A stretch of 64,000 nucleotides of DNA from Antedon mediterranea (GCF_964355755.1 NC_092670.1:25964795-26028794); one strand, 5' to 3'; numbered from the stretch's first letter, positions 1-14,139 are shown. A program made the numbers and translations. Notes: generated by a model not told the origin, from the sequence alone.

Positions 1-69
1 ACAGTAACTGAGTTCCTGGATCATTGTCATCTGCTAATGAACTCAGTCCATCATGAGCTACTGAACCCA
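1..69 (-). CDS. RIMS: RIM/UNC-10 coding exon (C2A-C2B linker), continues off the window
   Basis: Minus strand ttatttgacag|TG GGT TCA GTA GCT CAT GAT: open frame GSVAHDGLSSLADDNDPGTQLL; phase-1 acceptor fits the phase-1 donors at 21281 and 22203. No diagnostic motif in this piece. Confidence 0.6.
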
Positions 70-392
70 CTGTCAAATAAAAAGTAAAATTACAAATTAA
101 CAGACATCCACATTTAATTGAATATTTAAAAGTGTAAAATACATGTACGGAAAATATATGCTGAAAGTGAAAGAAAAATGATTAATGATGTGCTCCTTGT
201 AGATTACAGATATCATGCAAGAAAGATGCTTCATTATTGTGATAGACAAAAAATACAAAATTCCCATTATAAAATTAATAAAATAAAAAGCATCTTTCCA
301 TAGAAGCTCTGCAAATTAATGGTTTGTAGGTAATATAGCCACATGATTTGTAATAACTGCCTAGTTTGTGTTATAAGGCAGTACAGTTAAAA

Positions 393-1284
393 CCCATGTT
401 CCAGCTTCGTGACTACAAGGCATTGTGTTTTTATCGCAATTCCACGAGATGTATTGTTTTTTTATCATAATTCTGTGAACTGCATTGTTTTTTGATCACA
501 ATTCTATGAGAGGCATTGTTTTCCCATGCAACTATCGCAATATGTTATAAACACCATTGTTATCAGTGAATCAAGAGGAACAATGGTTGAAAAATATAGC
601 AGTCATGTCCGAAGAAGAGATGCATCACCATCTAGAGATAGAAGAAGGGAAACGTCTCCATCCCAAAAAAGTAGAAGAAAGTTACGCCTAGATCCAGATT
701 CTAGCGATCAAGGTTATAAAAAAACCAATGCACTCTACAACTTTGAGTTCGTACAGGTTATTGGATTGTATTCAACAAATGATTCGTTCGTATAGGACCA
801 TACTTAGAATCACTTTTTACACAATATCGTATAATTTTTTTCTATTTTACCATGAAATATATTGATTTAAATCAAGTTTGCTAGAGAAAGGCCTGTAAAA
901 CGAAATGGAAATGTTCAGCATTTTTATTAATATTCAATAGCAGCAAAATTAGCCTCTAGCTAGCTAGACAGGCCTACTCGGCCGTAACTGTAGGGGTAGA
1001 ATTCGTCGATCTGAGGTGGGTTATTATACTAGCATTGTTCTCAATTGATGGCTGTAACAATGCTGTATATTTAACACCCTTCCATCGGACACTAGCAAAA
1101 CAAAGCCTCTCGTAGTATCGCAATCAAAAAACAATACACTCTCAGGGAGTGTGTGGGATTGCAATAAAAAAACAATACACTCTCAGGGAGTGTGTGGGAT
1201 TGCAATAAAAAAACAATACCTATCATAGGTTTGCAATAAAAAAAAAAATGCTCCACGCGTAGGCTACAAAGTGTTACACGTGGG
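393..1284. mobile_element. Non-autonomous DNA transposon, CACTA/EnSpm-like
   Basis: Termini AA|CCCATGT...ACGTGGG|AA (possible 2-bp TSD); arrays of subterminal repeats (tattgttttttatcgcaat on the left, attgcaataaaaaaacaatac on the right) in inverted orientation; about 40-bp tandem duplication at about 1120-1220. Confidence 0.5.
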
Positions 1285-1700
1285 AACGAACGAAGCAGTA
1301 ATTAACAGCTCTACTGTATATCCAAAATACCATTTAAATTAAAAAAACATACATTGTATATGATATAATTAATAAAAGTTCAGTTAAATCATTTTAGATT
1401 TCAGAAAACCATGCATAATAATGCATAAGAATATTAAATCATCAATATTGGCATAAAGTATAAAACTTGCTGCCAAAGGATCAGTAAAATGAATGTTTTC
1501 AATACAGTATAGTGAGTGACACAATGATCAAAACTTGTGTGGTGACGATATTGAATTTTAAGATTACACTTTACGAAATGGTCATACATTTGGGCATAAT
1601 TTATCAATAAAGTACCAATTTAGCAGAGAATATTATGTACATGAATGACAAAATACTTAATGTGGCTGGTTTATTGTTAAAACTGAAATTTGACTAGGAT

Positions 1701-2218
1701 TGAGAAGCTGTGTAGAAGTAAGATGTTTTCATAGTGTGCAAGATCATTGTGAATGAATGAGAAGCTGTGTTAAAGTAAGATGTTTTTATAGTGTGCAAGA
1801 TCATTGTGAATGAATGAGAAGCTGTGTTAAAGTAAGATGTTTTCATAGTGTGCAACATCATTGTGAATGAATGAGAAGCTGGGTTAAAGTAAGATGTTTT
1901 CATAGTGTGCAACATCATTGTGAATGAATGAGAAGCTGTGTTAAAGTAAGATGTTTTCATAGTGTGCAACATCATTGTGAATGAATGAGAAGCTGTGTTA
2001 AAGTAAGATGTTTTCATAGTGTGCAACATCATTGTGAATGAATGAGAAGCTGTGTTAAAGTAAGATGTTTTCATAGTGTGCAACATCATTGTGAATGAAT
2101 GAGAAGCTGTGTTAAAGTAAGATGTTTTCATAGTGTGCAACATCATTGTGAATGAATGAGAAGCTGTGTTAAAGTAAGATGTTTTCATAGTGTGCAACAT
2201 CATTGTGAATGAATGAGA
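1701..2218. repeat. 57-bp minisatellite, about 9 copies
   Basis: Unit tgagaagctgtgttaaagtaagatgttttcatagtgtgcaacatcattgtgaatgaa recurs every 57 bp; explains the 19-aa periodic ORF 1694..2251. Confidence 0.95.
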
Positions 2219-4149
2219 TATTACTTCAAACATTTTCATCATTTTCATCAAACTGTAGATTTAAAGAGACGCTCTTTAAAACTAGTAGTATTACAACCCA
2301 TTTCACTAGTGCTACAATATGAAATAAATCATTGATATTGTAATCCTCTTTTTTGTTTTGGTTCAAACTTCTGTACCATCTGTCTAATTTTAAAGCAAGT
2401 TGTAAGATGTTTTGCCTAAAGTGCACACAAATTGACTGTTGGTAGTTTAACACACCCAAATCACACAACAACCACTGTTTAACATAGAAAGGCCTATTTA
2501 CTGCCTGACAGGCAGGTCTAGGTATATTAGGGTGATAGTGATTTTGTTGAGAAAAAAAAGAAAAGAGAGTTTAACAAGAACATCTAAGGGCCCAACACGC
2601 TAAATCAAAACGGTTCTAATTTGCTCTGTTTTGGATCTTTAAGTTCACTTAATGGCCACCATAAGGTACAGCCAATTTCTTAGCTCCTGTACATAATGAA
2701 GACATGATTTTGATAACTAACTCAATTTTTGATGTTTACAGTATAAAAATTAAGCATTCCAAAATGTGGCACGGACAAGCCAAACGAGCTTGTCGGTAAT
2801 TCCCAAATTGAGATACAGCCTAGAATAGGCACAATCACGTTGAAAAAAAAAATTTTTTTATTATTTTATTGTTTAAATCTAACCTTTAGGTATTTTAGAA
2901 TCATACTGAGTTGTTATTTTTATTCATTTTTTAACTAAAACAAGTAAAAAATACATTTTGTAAGGCTATGTTTTTGTAAATGTCAAAAACTCAATTTTTT
3001 GCCTGTAGAATCGTCTTTTCAAAAGCTTCGTATGCCTCCATCTTCTAAGCGAAATCTGGCTTGTTTACTATGAATATAAAGCTAATTTAAAGAGGTGTAT
3101 TTCTATTGGACAATGATTTCAGTTGTTCTTCATCCTAACCAGTGATATAAACAAAAATATTTTCCTTAACGACGAATACCGTATCCATGATGTGATTGGC
3201 CAATTGTGCTCACATGGCTTTGAAGCTCACGACTGCGCATGCTTACAATGTCGTAGTTGTCCAATATGTCAAAAGTGGAAATGTTTGAGCTGAAAGACAA
3301 ATTTCAGGATTTCTCTTGTCGTCATGCCTTAAAAATGATTCATCATCATTGTAACACATTCTTCTGGAATCTTGCATTGTATGCATGTGGAAATTTGTCA
3401 TTCAGGCCTATTGGCCTTGACCAATATATCTGTAGAATGATATGCACATCTTCCAAAACCTGAACCCACCATTATGTAAAATACAACCCAGATTTGAAAA
3501 GATGCTTCTTTGGGTCTGATTATTATGACTGAGCAGCTAGATATCATTTCCAGAGTGTACTGTAGTATAAACTGTTGACATGTTATTTGTTTTATTAAGA
3601 ATGATCAGCAAAAACTATCGTCGATTTCTCCACTTATAGCATACCTATGCATAAATCCAGTTAGGATGAATAATTTTGGTCGCACAAGATATTTTACTTT
3701 AAATTGCTTTACTTGCTTTATCCATAAGGTATTTGATTGGAATATGCTTAACTGAAATTTGGCCATGGTTCACTTTAGGATTTGGAAAATATCTTAAAAT
3801 TTTATTAGAAAATTTAATTTTTTAGGTTCTTCACGCGAATGATATAGTCACAGTACATCGCTTATATCTTCTTCTGTACAGTACATCCTGGGGTCATATT
3901 CATTGTGGTTCCCATATTATCACCAACATATTGACATATTCTCATGATCAACTGTAATTCAAAAGCTGAATTTTGTTTTGTCACCTTCAGCTTAGCAAAA
4001 TCATAATCATAGTAGCTGGTAAATTAGCAAAAACCTATATACCATATGGTGGCCATTTTGAAGCCATTGAGTGAACTTCAAAAAGCTGTATTTAGATTTC
4101 TTGACCCTCACAACATATACTTTGCCACCAAAATCACTTCCATACATGA

Positions 4150-4817
4150 TAATTCCGAAAATCTCTGCCACTGCAACTATCTTCTGTATTAGATCTTAAG
4201 CCATCCCCAGAAGTTTGAAATCTTGGGGTTTACATGGATTGCCACTTGCCGATGGATGCTAACATCAATGCCATCAGTCGTTGGTTGGGATTAGGAAGAT
4301 TGGTCTAATTCGTAGGTTTCTGGATAGGAAAACAACTACACGACTTGTGCATGCCTTTATATCATCACGTCTGGACTACTGTATTAGTATTCATGTGGCA
4401 CTGCCCAAGACCCTGCTTAGGAAGTTGCAGACGTTACTAAATAGTGATGCCCATCTAGTGTGTCAAACTGAGCATAGAGACCTCCTAACACCTATCTTGC
4501 ATGAACTGCACTGGCTTTCGGTGAAGGAGGGTGTCAACTTTAAGATATTGCTACTCACACATAAATCTCTTCATGGCCTTGCACCGAAATACATCAACAA
4601 TTTTCACACTTCACAATCCTCTTGTCACAATCTTGGTTTCAATTCTCAGAATCGGCTTGTTCCAGCTAAAGTGAAGACCATCTCATATGGTCACTGTGCA
4701 TTATCTTATGCAGCTCCTATGCTTTTGAATTCTCTTCCAAACTGCACTAAAGATGCACAGTTAGTGGCTCTTTTTAAGAGGCTTCTTAAGACATACTTGT
4801 TTAATAAAGCATATTAA
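4150..4817 (+). mobile_element. L2-clade LINE, 3' fragment of ORF2 (post-RT C-terminus), degenerate
   Basis: ORF 4281..4817 LVHAFISSRLDYC...LTPILHELHWL...ALSYAAPMLLNSLP...FKRLLKTYLF is the typical L2 ORF2 tail; upstream 'RNLGV.MD..L' remnant at about 4215-4255. Confidence 0.85.
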
Positions 4818-5649
4818 TCCCCTTTTTTCTCTTTTACCATGCCACCTAGATTGTTTTAGATCTAATTTAAGTAGGGCAGGAGGTGCCTGAGTCTCTTTTA
4901 TCGTATTAGTTTATGTACCGCGCTTGGAGGTTTCACAACATTACTATTATTATTATGTAGAAACTGAGAATGTTATACAAACTGTATAACATCAAATTTT
5001 CTGTCACTTTAAAAAATGTTATGTTCTTGTAAATTAGGACAACATAGTTTGACAATCGTGGGCCCACTTTCTTTCCTCTTCTATATAAATGACCAATCAA
5101 TAATAATGCAAAATAAGTATGTATGCTGACAATACTATAATCCATTATGCTTCAAAAAATGAAAATAAAAAATACAAAAGTATAAATGAAATTGTGTATC
5201 AAACCATTTGGATTCGTTTTGTTTGTATGTGTATATTCTTATTCATTTACATTTTTTAAAATTCTCAATGGTTTTGATACTTTGCAATTATTTGGTGGGA
5301 GTGACTTTCCACAACCAACTTCTTTACGTAAATTTTTGCAGTATACCTTTCAGTTAAAAATTTCCGCCATTCACTTGAAGGACGCTCATTTCATATTTTG
5401 ACTGACCATAAGCCACTTGTGTATGCTTTACTCGCCAGACCAAATCGTCACTCGCCACGCGAAATCCGTCATCTAGATTTCATCTCTCAATTTACAATGG
5501 ACATACGCCATGCTAATTGCTAATGCATTGCGATTATTCTGATTATATTGATAGATTACATGATAATATGAGTAAACTACGTCCCCTATATTTATCAAAA
5601 AAAATATAGTTGTACCCATGTTTTTGTTCCAAGGGGGTTTTGTTCCAAA

Positions 5650-6258
5650 AACCCTTACAGCATCCATATGATGGTCCAGGTAGTAAGTCGAACAGACTTT
5701 GTTTCGATCTAAATGGTCGACAGGACACAGTCCGTATTGACCGTTTAAAGGGAGCTCATTTGGATACTGATATATTTAAAAGCCGAGAGCAAATCCTCAC
5801 TCCCAAGCTACAAGCATCACCCCTAGTCAAACCAAACAACCCTTCTCCCATTTTAGCAACCCATCCCCGTACTACTCGTTCTGGTAGATGTTCATTTCCC
5901 TCAACGTTTTGTCTCGTTCTATCATTAATTAGGGGGGCTCCTGTAGCAGACCTACCACATAAATTGCATTTTAACATTTACTTTTAATTTGATTATTTAT
6001 ACATCTTGTATATATCTTTTTATTTAACTTATTTACTTTTAATTAATTCTCTTAATCCTAATTGGTCAGATACCACATTTATTAACAGGCTCTTCTCAAC
6101 CAGCATCTTCTCAACCAGCATCTTAGCTACACCATTTATTGCACTGTCTTATCAAATATTGTATATTTTATCTATTTATTGAGAATCCTCACTTAGAATA
6201 AATTGCATAGTTTACTTTATACATTTAGTAGTTGTTTTATTTTACCGTTGCACCGACA
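5650..6258 (+). mobile_element. Gypsy LTR retrotransposon 3' end: integrase C-terminus, polypurine tract and 3' LTR (5942-6258)
   Basis: PLQHPYDGP...LNGRQDTVRIDRLKGAH (GPY/F-type integrase tail), then aggggggctcc followed by TGTAG...CCGACA with AATAAA near 6197. Confidence 0.75.
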
Positions 6259-7067
6259 ATTAGTAAAGCATAAACAAAATGTGATCCGATCTGGCAAAAC
6301 CCTACTTTTGTCAAAAATTTTCATTTTGTATTTTTTTTATATATTTGGATTATTTAAATCATAAGCTTTACAATGGTTTTTATTTCGTAAAAATTGAGTA
6401 AATATTTAAAAAGGTATTACATTTTATAAACTTACATATCATTCAAATAGTTCACAAGAAAATCGCGTTTAAGGTTTGCAATGAAATTATTTTTGATACG
6501 CGCTGAAAACTCACCCCATAGCAACTCAGTATTTTGGTCCCAGGCACGATGACGTCATGTGTGCAATATTATATTTAGCAGCTTGGACATGATGGTCAGT
6601 TTGATTGATTTCAGATGCCATTTTAACCTACTTAGTCACTCGAATTAACTATATTGCACTATTAAAAAGCAGCATTATAACGTCAAGCTTATTTTAACTG
6701 GTTTCGAAAGTGTTTACGATGGTTAACAGCGAAGAACCAAGCAGGCCTAGCTAGGCTCTACTATGTACTGTTGGGTGTTCTTCAGGCCGTGTATATCAGT
6801 GGTGCATCGACATGCGGGCTAGCTAAAGGACCTGCCCTTGGGTTAATTTGGGCAAATCCATAAATGTTTCTGAAGGATCGTGGGTGCACAGTGAGATTTA
6901 TTCCATGGACATATCTCTATATTTTCAACCCACATTATTTCCCATGGGTCTCTTGTAGCCTCACATAAATAACCCAGAAAGGTCAATGAAGGATTGGCCC
7001 TTGGGTTCATTTGGGCAAATCCATATGGGTTATTTTAGAATCCTGTGTGGTCAGGGCCAGCCTATTG

Positions 7068-7165
7068 GGGGGTGTCACGAAACCTAAGACCACGAAAGCT
7101 AAGACCCCCTAAGACCTAAGATCACGAAAGCTAAGACCCAAGACCTAAGATTACAAATTCTAAGA
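7068..7165. repeat. Short tandem CTAAGA(C)/CACGAAAGCTAAGAC array, probable DNA transposon terminus
   Basis: ggggtgtcacgaaacctaagaccacgaaagctaagaccccctaagacctaagatcacgaaagctaagacc; no matching partner end found. Confidence 0.45.
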
Positions 7166-7209
7166 TAAGGAACTGGCCACCCTACCACCATTGTTTAAAC
7201 AAAACAATA

Positions 7210-10200
7210 TATTAATCTATATATAATTTATGTAAGGGTAAAAATGCACTTCTATAATTAACTATAAATAACGCAATGGTATATATAAAGTTGGTATATG
7301 TTCGGCACTGATTTTAACCACCAAATATAATCCTGTTTACTAATTAATTTGAGTTAGATAATTAGTTATTGACGATTAAAACAAATTGAGGTTCAACGAT
7401 TTGCCCCAAATAGGCGTGTTTTCCCGATTGTGGTATACACTGTCTAATGGATGTCAATGCTAAAAAATACCCGCACACAATAATACGAGAAGGCTTCACA
7501 TTTACCTATCTCCTGCTATGATAATTGTTTTTAATAGCTGAAAATTGGTCGAACAGCATCATAATTTTGAAGGCGATTTTCTTAAAAAAATACTATTTTG
7601 ATAAATTTAATATATAGTACTGGTCAGAGGAGTTTTGACATTTTTCGTGTGTTTTAAACAAGTGTTGACCGAGTGTTGTTTGAGTATTGTTAGCAATATT
7701 CATGAGCGTTGGTATCCTTGAGAGTAATGCATTAAGGTCACAATCCACGCATGAACAGCTTTATCGAGCAGCGATTTTTGGCTAGCAGTTTATGCCAATG
7801 TGATTGTCTTTCATTGTCTTCCACGTCATTAGTGTGAAAAACTAGGCCGTCAGCGATAATAATTTGTTTTAGAAATAGTAAATGTCAATTAATCAACACG
7901 AGTCAAAAACCGATTCAGCGGTGGGTGTCACATGATTAACACTGTAAACAAGCTTATAGACCATTTTCTTTCGTTCAGTCGTGACCAGCCGAGTGTAACC
8001 AACAAAACTAACATAATGCTTTCAGGGATTTCAGGACACCAGGTTGATTAAAAAATCGTACCTCCTGAAATTTCAGTCATCGATTCTATTGTTATTTATT
8101 TCTAAGGCAAACCATGTCATTTTGTGGGGCTCTTTAGACGTTTAATATAATAAAATCATTTAATGTTATTGTTGTTACAAGTACTTTACATTATTAGGCC
8201 TAGTAAAGTCAGATTCGACTCTCGCTTGGAGAGTGCACCGTATTTAGAGCAACGTACACAAATTTAATTCTTTGGTATATTTCTACATAACATATTTAGA
8301 TTGAATACTTGCTTTATAAATTCTTCATTTATTAGACAACTTAATAAGTTGATTATTGAATTGAATACCAACCAACAAAGTACATTAATTAAGTAATTAA
8401 TTTCCGAAATTTGTCTCTTGTGTGGTGTAAACAACGTTTAAAGCACATTCAATACAAAGTTATTTATAAAACAATTCATGCTTTGAATGATATGATACAG
8501 AGAAGTTGGCAATGTGGCAAATTACATTTATTTTCAATAAATTACCGTAGAATAGCCATACTGTACTGTATGTAATGATCACCGATATAATTATTGTGTG
8601 TATCTAATAAACAGTATAAACGTTTTCATAACTGCATCATTGATCACACATTTTTAAAACGATCGTTTTTGTATGCCCTGTCAACAAAGTCAACACATTG
8701 AGTCAAATTCGCGGCAAGAAAAAACCATGTCATATCACCGAAGTTGTGTAAATCTAGGGTTTATGACCACAATAAAAAGATCGTAGATGCACGTCTATGC
8801 GGCTATCGAGCTATAGTAGTCTAGCTATCAACTTGGTGTTGTAGGCTAGCAAGCGATAGTAGTCTAGCTATCAACTTGGTGTTGTAGGATAGCAAGCGAT
8901 AGTAGTCTAGCTATCAACTTGGTGTTGTAGGCGCGGAATTTGAAGATATGAATGTATACTTTTAATTTTATCATGACTTTGAAGCTGTTCATGTGAATTT
9001 TAAACGTATATTTTACTGCTTTTTTTTATTATGTTAATCAATATATACTTTGTATAGTCACAAAGGGCTCATATTATATATGTATGATTTATTTTAATTG
9101 TTGTTGTAAAACATTCACGCTTTGCTGGTTAAGGTTAGCTCCACAAACACTCATCTCAGCAGAAAAACACGAGCGTAAATTTTGAAAGTCCTCTGACCAG
9201 TACTGTACGTTTATACAAACGTATTGCTTGAAGATGAATGGAACATTACAATCTCTCAGTCTCCCAGTATAATTATTTGGTAAAACACAAGTAGGTAAAT
9301 TTATGGGCCCTTGGGGGATAAACTTTGACAATAAATTCATAAACCATTTTTTGTCACCATTTGAAGCACACATTTCTTACTGTGAGTGTGGGTACTGTTT
9401 AAACACATAATTATATGTAAACTTTATTACTGACAGTTGCTTCTCAACGTTAGTTGTATTAATTAATAACTACAAAACGTGCTTGAGAGATGCAGTCGAA
9501 GAGCTGCATTGGTAACGCATGACTGATTTCTTTCATTGTGAAGAATTTTTGCAATTTTACTACACCTAAAAAATAGTCTAATTTTGATATTAGATGAAAT
9601 CAATATTCTATTTTACCATAAACATAACTATATACAATTTTCTTATAAATAGATAAGAAATTTATATAAATAGACCTAATCTGTCTTAGACGATGAATAA
9701 AAAATTATAAAATACCACGTTAATGTTTTAGGGGTGGGGGCGTTTATTCGTGGGACGCACTTATTTTGTTTTATAATTTGGTATTAACATGTGTAATCAA
9801 ATACATTCCTCTAGATATGACAAAAATGCAACATAATTAATACTGTATTAAGAAGTAATAACATTTTCAAAATCCTTGGAAAATTGTAGTTAACTAGATG
9901 GTTGTGCCCACAAATGGTTCTCGAATACACAGTAATTTCAGCGTTAAAAAAACTGGCGATTTCAAATGTACGTACTGCAGGACTGAAAATACATTGTCGT
10001 TTACAGAAACGAATAGACACAATGATTTATGTAGTCGACCAAAAGAAAAACTTGTCACAAAATGAATTTTTGATTTAGACTCATTTAAACAAACACAATT
10101 TGTGTTAATTATGTAACATTAGGGTTAAGGAAAGGGGAAGAGGATAGGTACAAGTTTTTAATATCTTCTTTATCCACTCAGTAACAAAATATTGATTTCA

Positions 10201-11075
10201 TGTTTTATAGGCCTATCAATAATATACCACTTAATACAGTAAAACATTTGTGATTTAATACTTTGTTAAAACTGTCAGTGTCATAGTCGATTGAAATAGT
10301 AAAGTACATGTAACGATACACTATGACTTTTATATTTTTTGTAATTATTAATTAATACAAACGTTGAGAATCAACTGTCAGTACTAAAGTGTATTTTGTA
10401 TATTATGTGTTTATAATCTAACAGTAGCGGCTACACACACTCACAGTAATAAAGTTTATTTGTATTTTTGTTTTTTATATCTAACAGTACCAACACTCAC
10501 AATAAGAAAATTGCGATTCAAATGGCGATCAAAAGTGGTTAAATACCTATTTACAGTATTGTAGAGCATTGCAATACTATTTATGTTTATTCTCCAAGGG
10601 CCCATAAATTTACCTACCTGTGTTAAACTATGGAGGTATACGTCCATTTTTAAACCAAATAGTTATTTTGGAATGTTCCATTCATCGGAAATCAATAAAT
10701 TTGTATAAACGTATATTAAATCTATCAAAATAGTATTTTCTAAAGAAAGTCGGCCTGTCTTCAACATTACGATGCTTTACTCGAGCTGTTCAATCGGTTT
10801 TCAGCTATTAAAAACAATTATCGTAGGAGGAGATAGGAAAATACCAAGCATCCTCGTATTATTACGATCGGAAAACCCCCTATTTGGGGCAAATCGTTGA
10901 ATCTAAATTCGTTTTAATCGTCAATAACTAATTATCTAACTCAATTTAATTAGTAAACAGTAAAATCCGTACCGAAAGTACAAACCTACTTTATATACCA
11001 TCGAGTAAACATTCTAGAAGTAAGGCGCGATTTACCGAATTTTGCCCTTACGTAAATTTATATATAGATTCAATG
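7210..11075. mobile_element. Foldback-type element with long imperfect inverted arms
   Basis: About 7210-7615 is the reverse complement of about 10710-11075 (e.g. gagttagataattagttattgacgattaaaac / gttttaatcgtcaataactaattatctaactc) and about 9230-9480 pairs with about 10335-10685; the left arm is interrupted by extra sequence at about 7620-9030. Confidence 0.75.
8813..8932. repeat. 43-bp tandem repeat, about 2.8 copies
   Basis: atagtagtctagctatcaacttggtgttgtaggctagcaagcg starts at 8813, 8856 and 8899. Confidence 0.9.
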
Positions 11076-11114
11076 TGTCAGGATAGGCAACAACAAATTG
11101 GTTTCATTCAAATT

Positions 11115-12588
11115 GGTTATCCGCACTTGGCGGATAACCCCTTGTTATTGTCAGGATCTTATTCTTCTTTCTTTCCCAGAATTTTGTGTCACGTGTATCT
11201 CTAACTCTTGTCAACATAACATCTTATAACTTTTTCAGAAGATTGACTTTAATCTGTAGATGTGCAGGAAACTTCGTTATATGACGCAGCGCAAGTTACT
11301 GGCGATTTTATGAATTTCAATGATTGATTATAGATTATAAACCAAAAGTCATTTTGTATTGACACTTGGTGAAAATTTAAGTCATATCAAAAGCAAACTT
11401 TTGATGTTTTAAAAATGTCATGTTACACAAGAAGTTATGCTTCAAAATGCGCAAAATTAATTTCTAATCAACTTTCTACGCTGATCATGACATTTTAAGC
11501 ATGTCAAAAATTCCCACACTCGCGAAAAAATTTACGCGTAAGGTGCGCACGGAGCATGAAAATCACGTGTTTTTCTTTCCTAGTCATTTTAAAAAAGATT
11601 GACATAATTTTAAATTAAAATGACGTCATATGAACACGTTGAATTACACCATTTGCGCGCGTTTTAGTTGAAAAAGTTATAAAATATTGTCAAAATAATG
11701 CCAATTTTGAATCTATTATAGCTCTTTAGGATCAAAGCTGACCTCCAATTTTTTTAACTTGTTATGTAAGAAGATAAATTGTAGATATGAATTCATGCCA
11801 AATTTTTACGTCTCGGATGTTATGACGTCATCGTATGGCCACACGAATGTAAAATATAGGATTTTTTTCTCTTTCGTTATTGCTAATCACATTCAACAGA
11901 GCGCATCTCGCTTATATGTATTCCATTTCCCCCTGAGATTTTAATATTGTCTATGTCAATCAACTGTCTTTCGCATGAGTTAAAAATATTTTTAATTTTT
12001 ATGACGTCATCATGTCTAAAAATGTAAATAACGTAGGACATTTATTTTCATCTTTACAGTAAATTTCAATCTGTTATAGCTCGTCAGAATAAAAAGTGAT
12101 AATTATGATTAAAACGTTTTGTGGAAGCTATTTGATTGTAGAATCGAATTCATGTGAATATTTTGCCAATCAGATGTTGTGACGTCATCATATGGCCAGT
12201 TGAATACAAAAAGTCGTAGTTTCATAATTTGCATCATAGTTCATTACATTTAAAAGAGCGTGCATTTATATTTTACGTATTCAAATTTCTTCAAATTTGT
12301 ATTAATGTAATTATTTAGATAATTATCTTCTAAAATTGTTATCTTTATGTCATTTTGATGACGTCATCGTTTTAATAATTGAATTTAAAAGATGGGTCTC
12401 ATAATTTTGCCTATGCTACACTGTAACATATACAATGTATTCTATAAATACTGTAATATGCTGTATGCTACAAAATAGGTACAATTCAGCACTGTAAACA
12501 TATTTAATTCATGTTATAGGATGGCATAATCATTTTTGAGGTTGACCGGATAACCCAAACTCGTCAAAGTGACGAGTTCAAATCTAGT
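11115..12588 (+). mobile_element. Helentron-associated non-autonomous element (HINE/DINE-1-like), full length
   Basis: 5' ggttatccgc-acttg-gcggataacc hairpin then a TTC/TTTC-rich tract; internal duplication of about 360 bp; 3' cggataacc, stem-loop aactcgtc-aaagt-gacgagtt, then CTAGT; T-rich flanks. Confidence 0.75.
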
Positions 12589-12957
12589 TTGAATTTATTA
12601 CAAGGTAATTCCCAGGGTGTGAATTTTATTTGACAACATAAATCACTGTGTCTGTATTTATTTGCTCTGTGTGGAAGGGAGCACACTAGTTGTTTTTGAA
12701 AATTTCACCTTATTTATAGAGGGTGACCCTAAACAGTGTTTTATTTAATTACTTTGGCCTTACACAATCACAATACGGTATCAAGTACAAATAAACAAAT
12801 TTGAAGATACTGTCAGTACTTTAAAACCTTGGTTATTGAAAATTGAAAAAGCTATAACTAATCTATAAAAGTACTGAGTTTATCTCATATTGTAGAATAC
12901 ACAAATAATTCTTTGCTTTGAATCTTGTGTAAAATTTCTTTATAACTATACAACAGG

Positions 12958-13537
12958 GGCTACAATCACATTAGAGCCTCAAGCCTGGCTTCACCACCGA
13001 CAGTGTAATTTACGTAGTGTAACCGATCATGGGTTGACTCGATCTCAAACAGGATAGCGACACGGGTTAATCCTGGGTTGACATTTTTTCTTTTGAATCT
13101 GGCCATTCACAACCATGTTTATAAATTGCATGGAAAAAAGTTTCAATTAACCAGATTAACTGAATTATTCAATAAACACATTTTCTTCTTTTATATGACG
13201 CCATAAAATAGACCTTCTGAGATCCTCCCTTTGTATTTGTTGTCTGTACGCAATACAAGGGTAAAGGCAATGCATCACCATATCAGAGATTTTTCTGAAG
13301 GCCTAAATCATCCAACATAGTCAATTATAGTTTGATATCAAATAATTGAGCAAGCAATTAATGTTAATTTGATGTTAAACTGTGCAAATAATGTCTACTG
13401 TTTTGAAGAAGCTTCACTTTTATTTGCAACCGATTCAAATAATGTGACCACACAATAATTCAAACATGGTTTGAAATCTCAACCACGGTGAGTAAAGCCG
13501 ACTTGAAGCTTTAGTGTGACTGTAGCCAGAAGTTTGT
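12958..13537. mobile_element. PIF/Harbinger-like MITE (old)
   Basis: Left ggctacaatcacattagagcctcaagcc versus reverse complement of right end ggctacagtcacactaaagcttcaagtc; GGCTAC...CAC termini resemble Harbinger TIRs; TSD not clear. Confidence 0.55.
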
Positions 13538-14139
13538 TATCTTCAGCATTCTCTGGGTTAATAATACATCATGCAATGTTAATAAAGCCAATATTATAGA
13601 GGACACTATTTTAGCAGTGACTGGCTGCAAACAAGAGTCTCATTCAATAAAAGTGAAATCAGGAAAAAATACAATGCTTAAATCTGAAATTTAAAAAAAC
13701 ACACATTTAGCACTGCAACAAAAGGGTATAAACAAAATGGCAAAAGAGCTTAGCATTGATTTGTGTCACAAAAGTAACTGCAGCAGCCAGTTTTTACAAA
13801 AATAATAATAATAAGATTAGAGCACAAAGCAAAGAAAAACAATAAAACAAGAAAGTGCTAACAAAAATATTTAGTACTTTTTCACAACTTATAATGCAAT
13901 AAATTAGCTTTGGGCTTTCTTTTAATACGCTTAGCCTTATACTTTTAACATAATACATTTAACATACTTTTAGTATACCTACATACATACATACATTAAA
14001 TGTACGTTTTAAGGTTAATTATGATAAAAAGAAAGAAAAAATTAACTACCTAAGTAGCTTGCTTCTTGTGGACAGTCTTAGGCCTAGTCTAGACATGAAA
14101 TTTATAAGTACAAAATTTGGTTTAATTATGATAGCTAAG

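Noticed and set aside
1694-2251. 185-aa repetitive ORF
   Set aside because: Translation of a 57-bp minisatellite whose unit happens to lack stops; no splice sites in phase with RIM.
2640-4085. Inverted match aagttcact(t/c)aatggc...caccata between about 2640 and about 4045-4080
   Set aside because: Short and diverged with no TSD; cannot tell one element from two opposite fragments.
14050-14088. Possible RIM micro-exon on the minus strand
   Set aside because: In phase 1 the 39-nt version has an immediate stop and the 34-nt version shifts frame.
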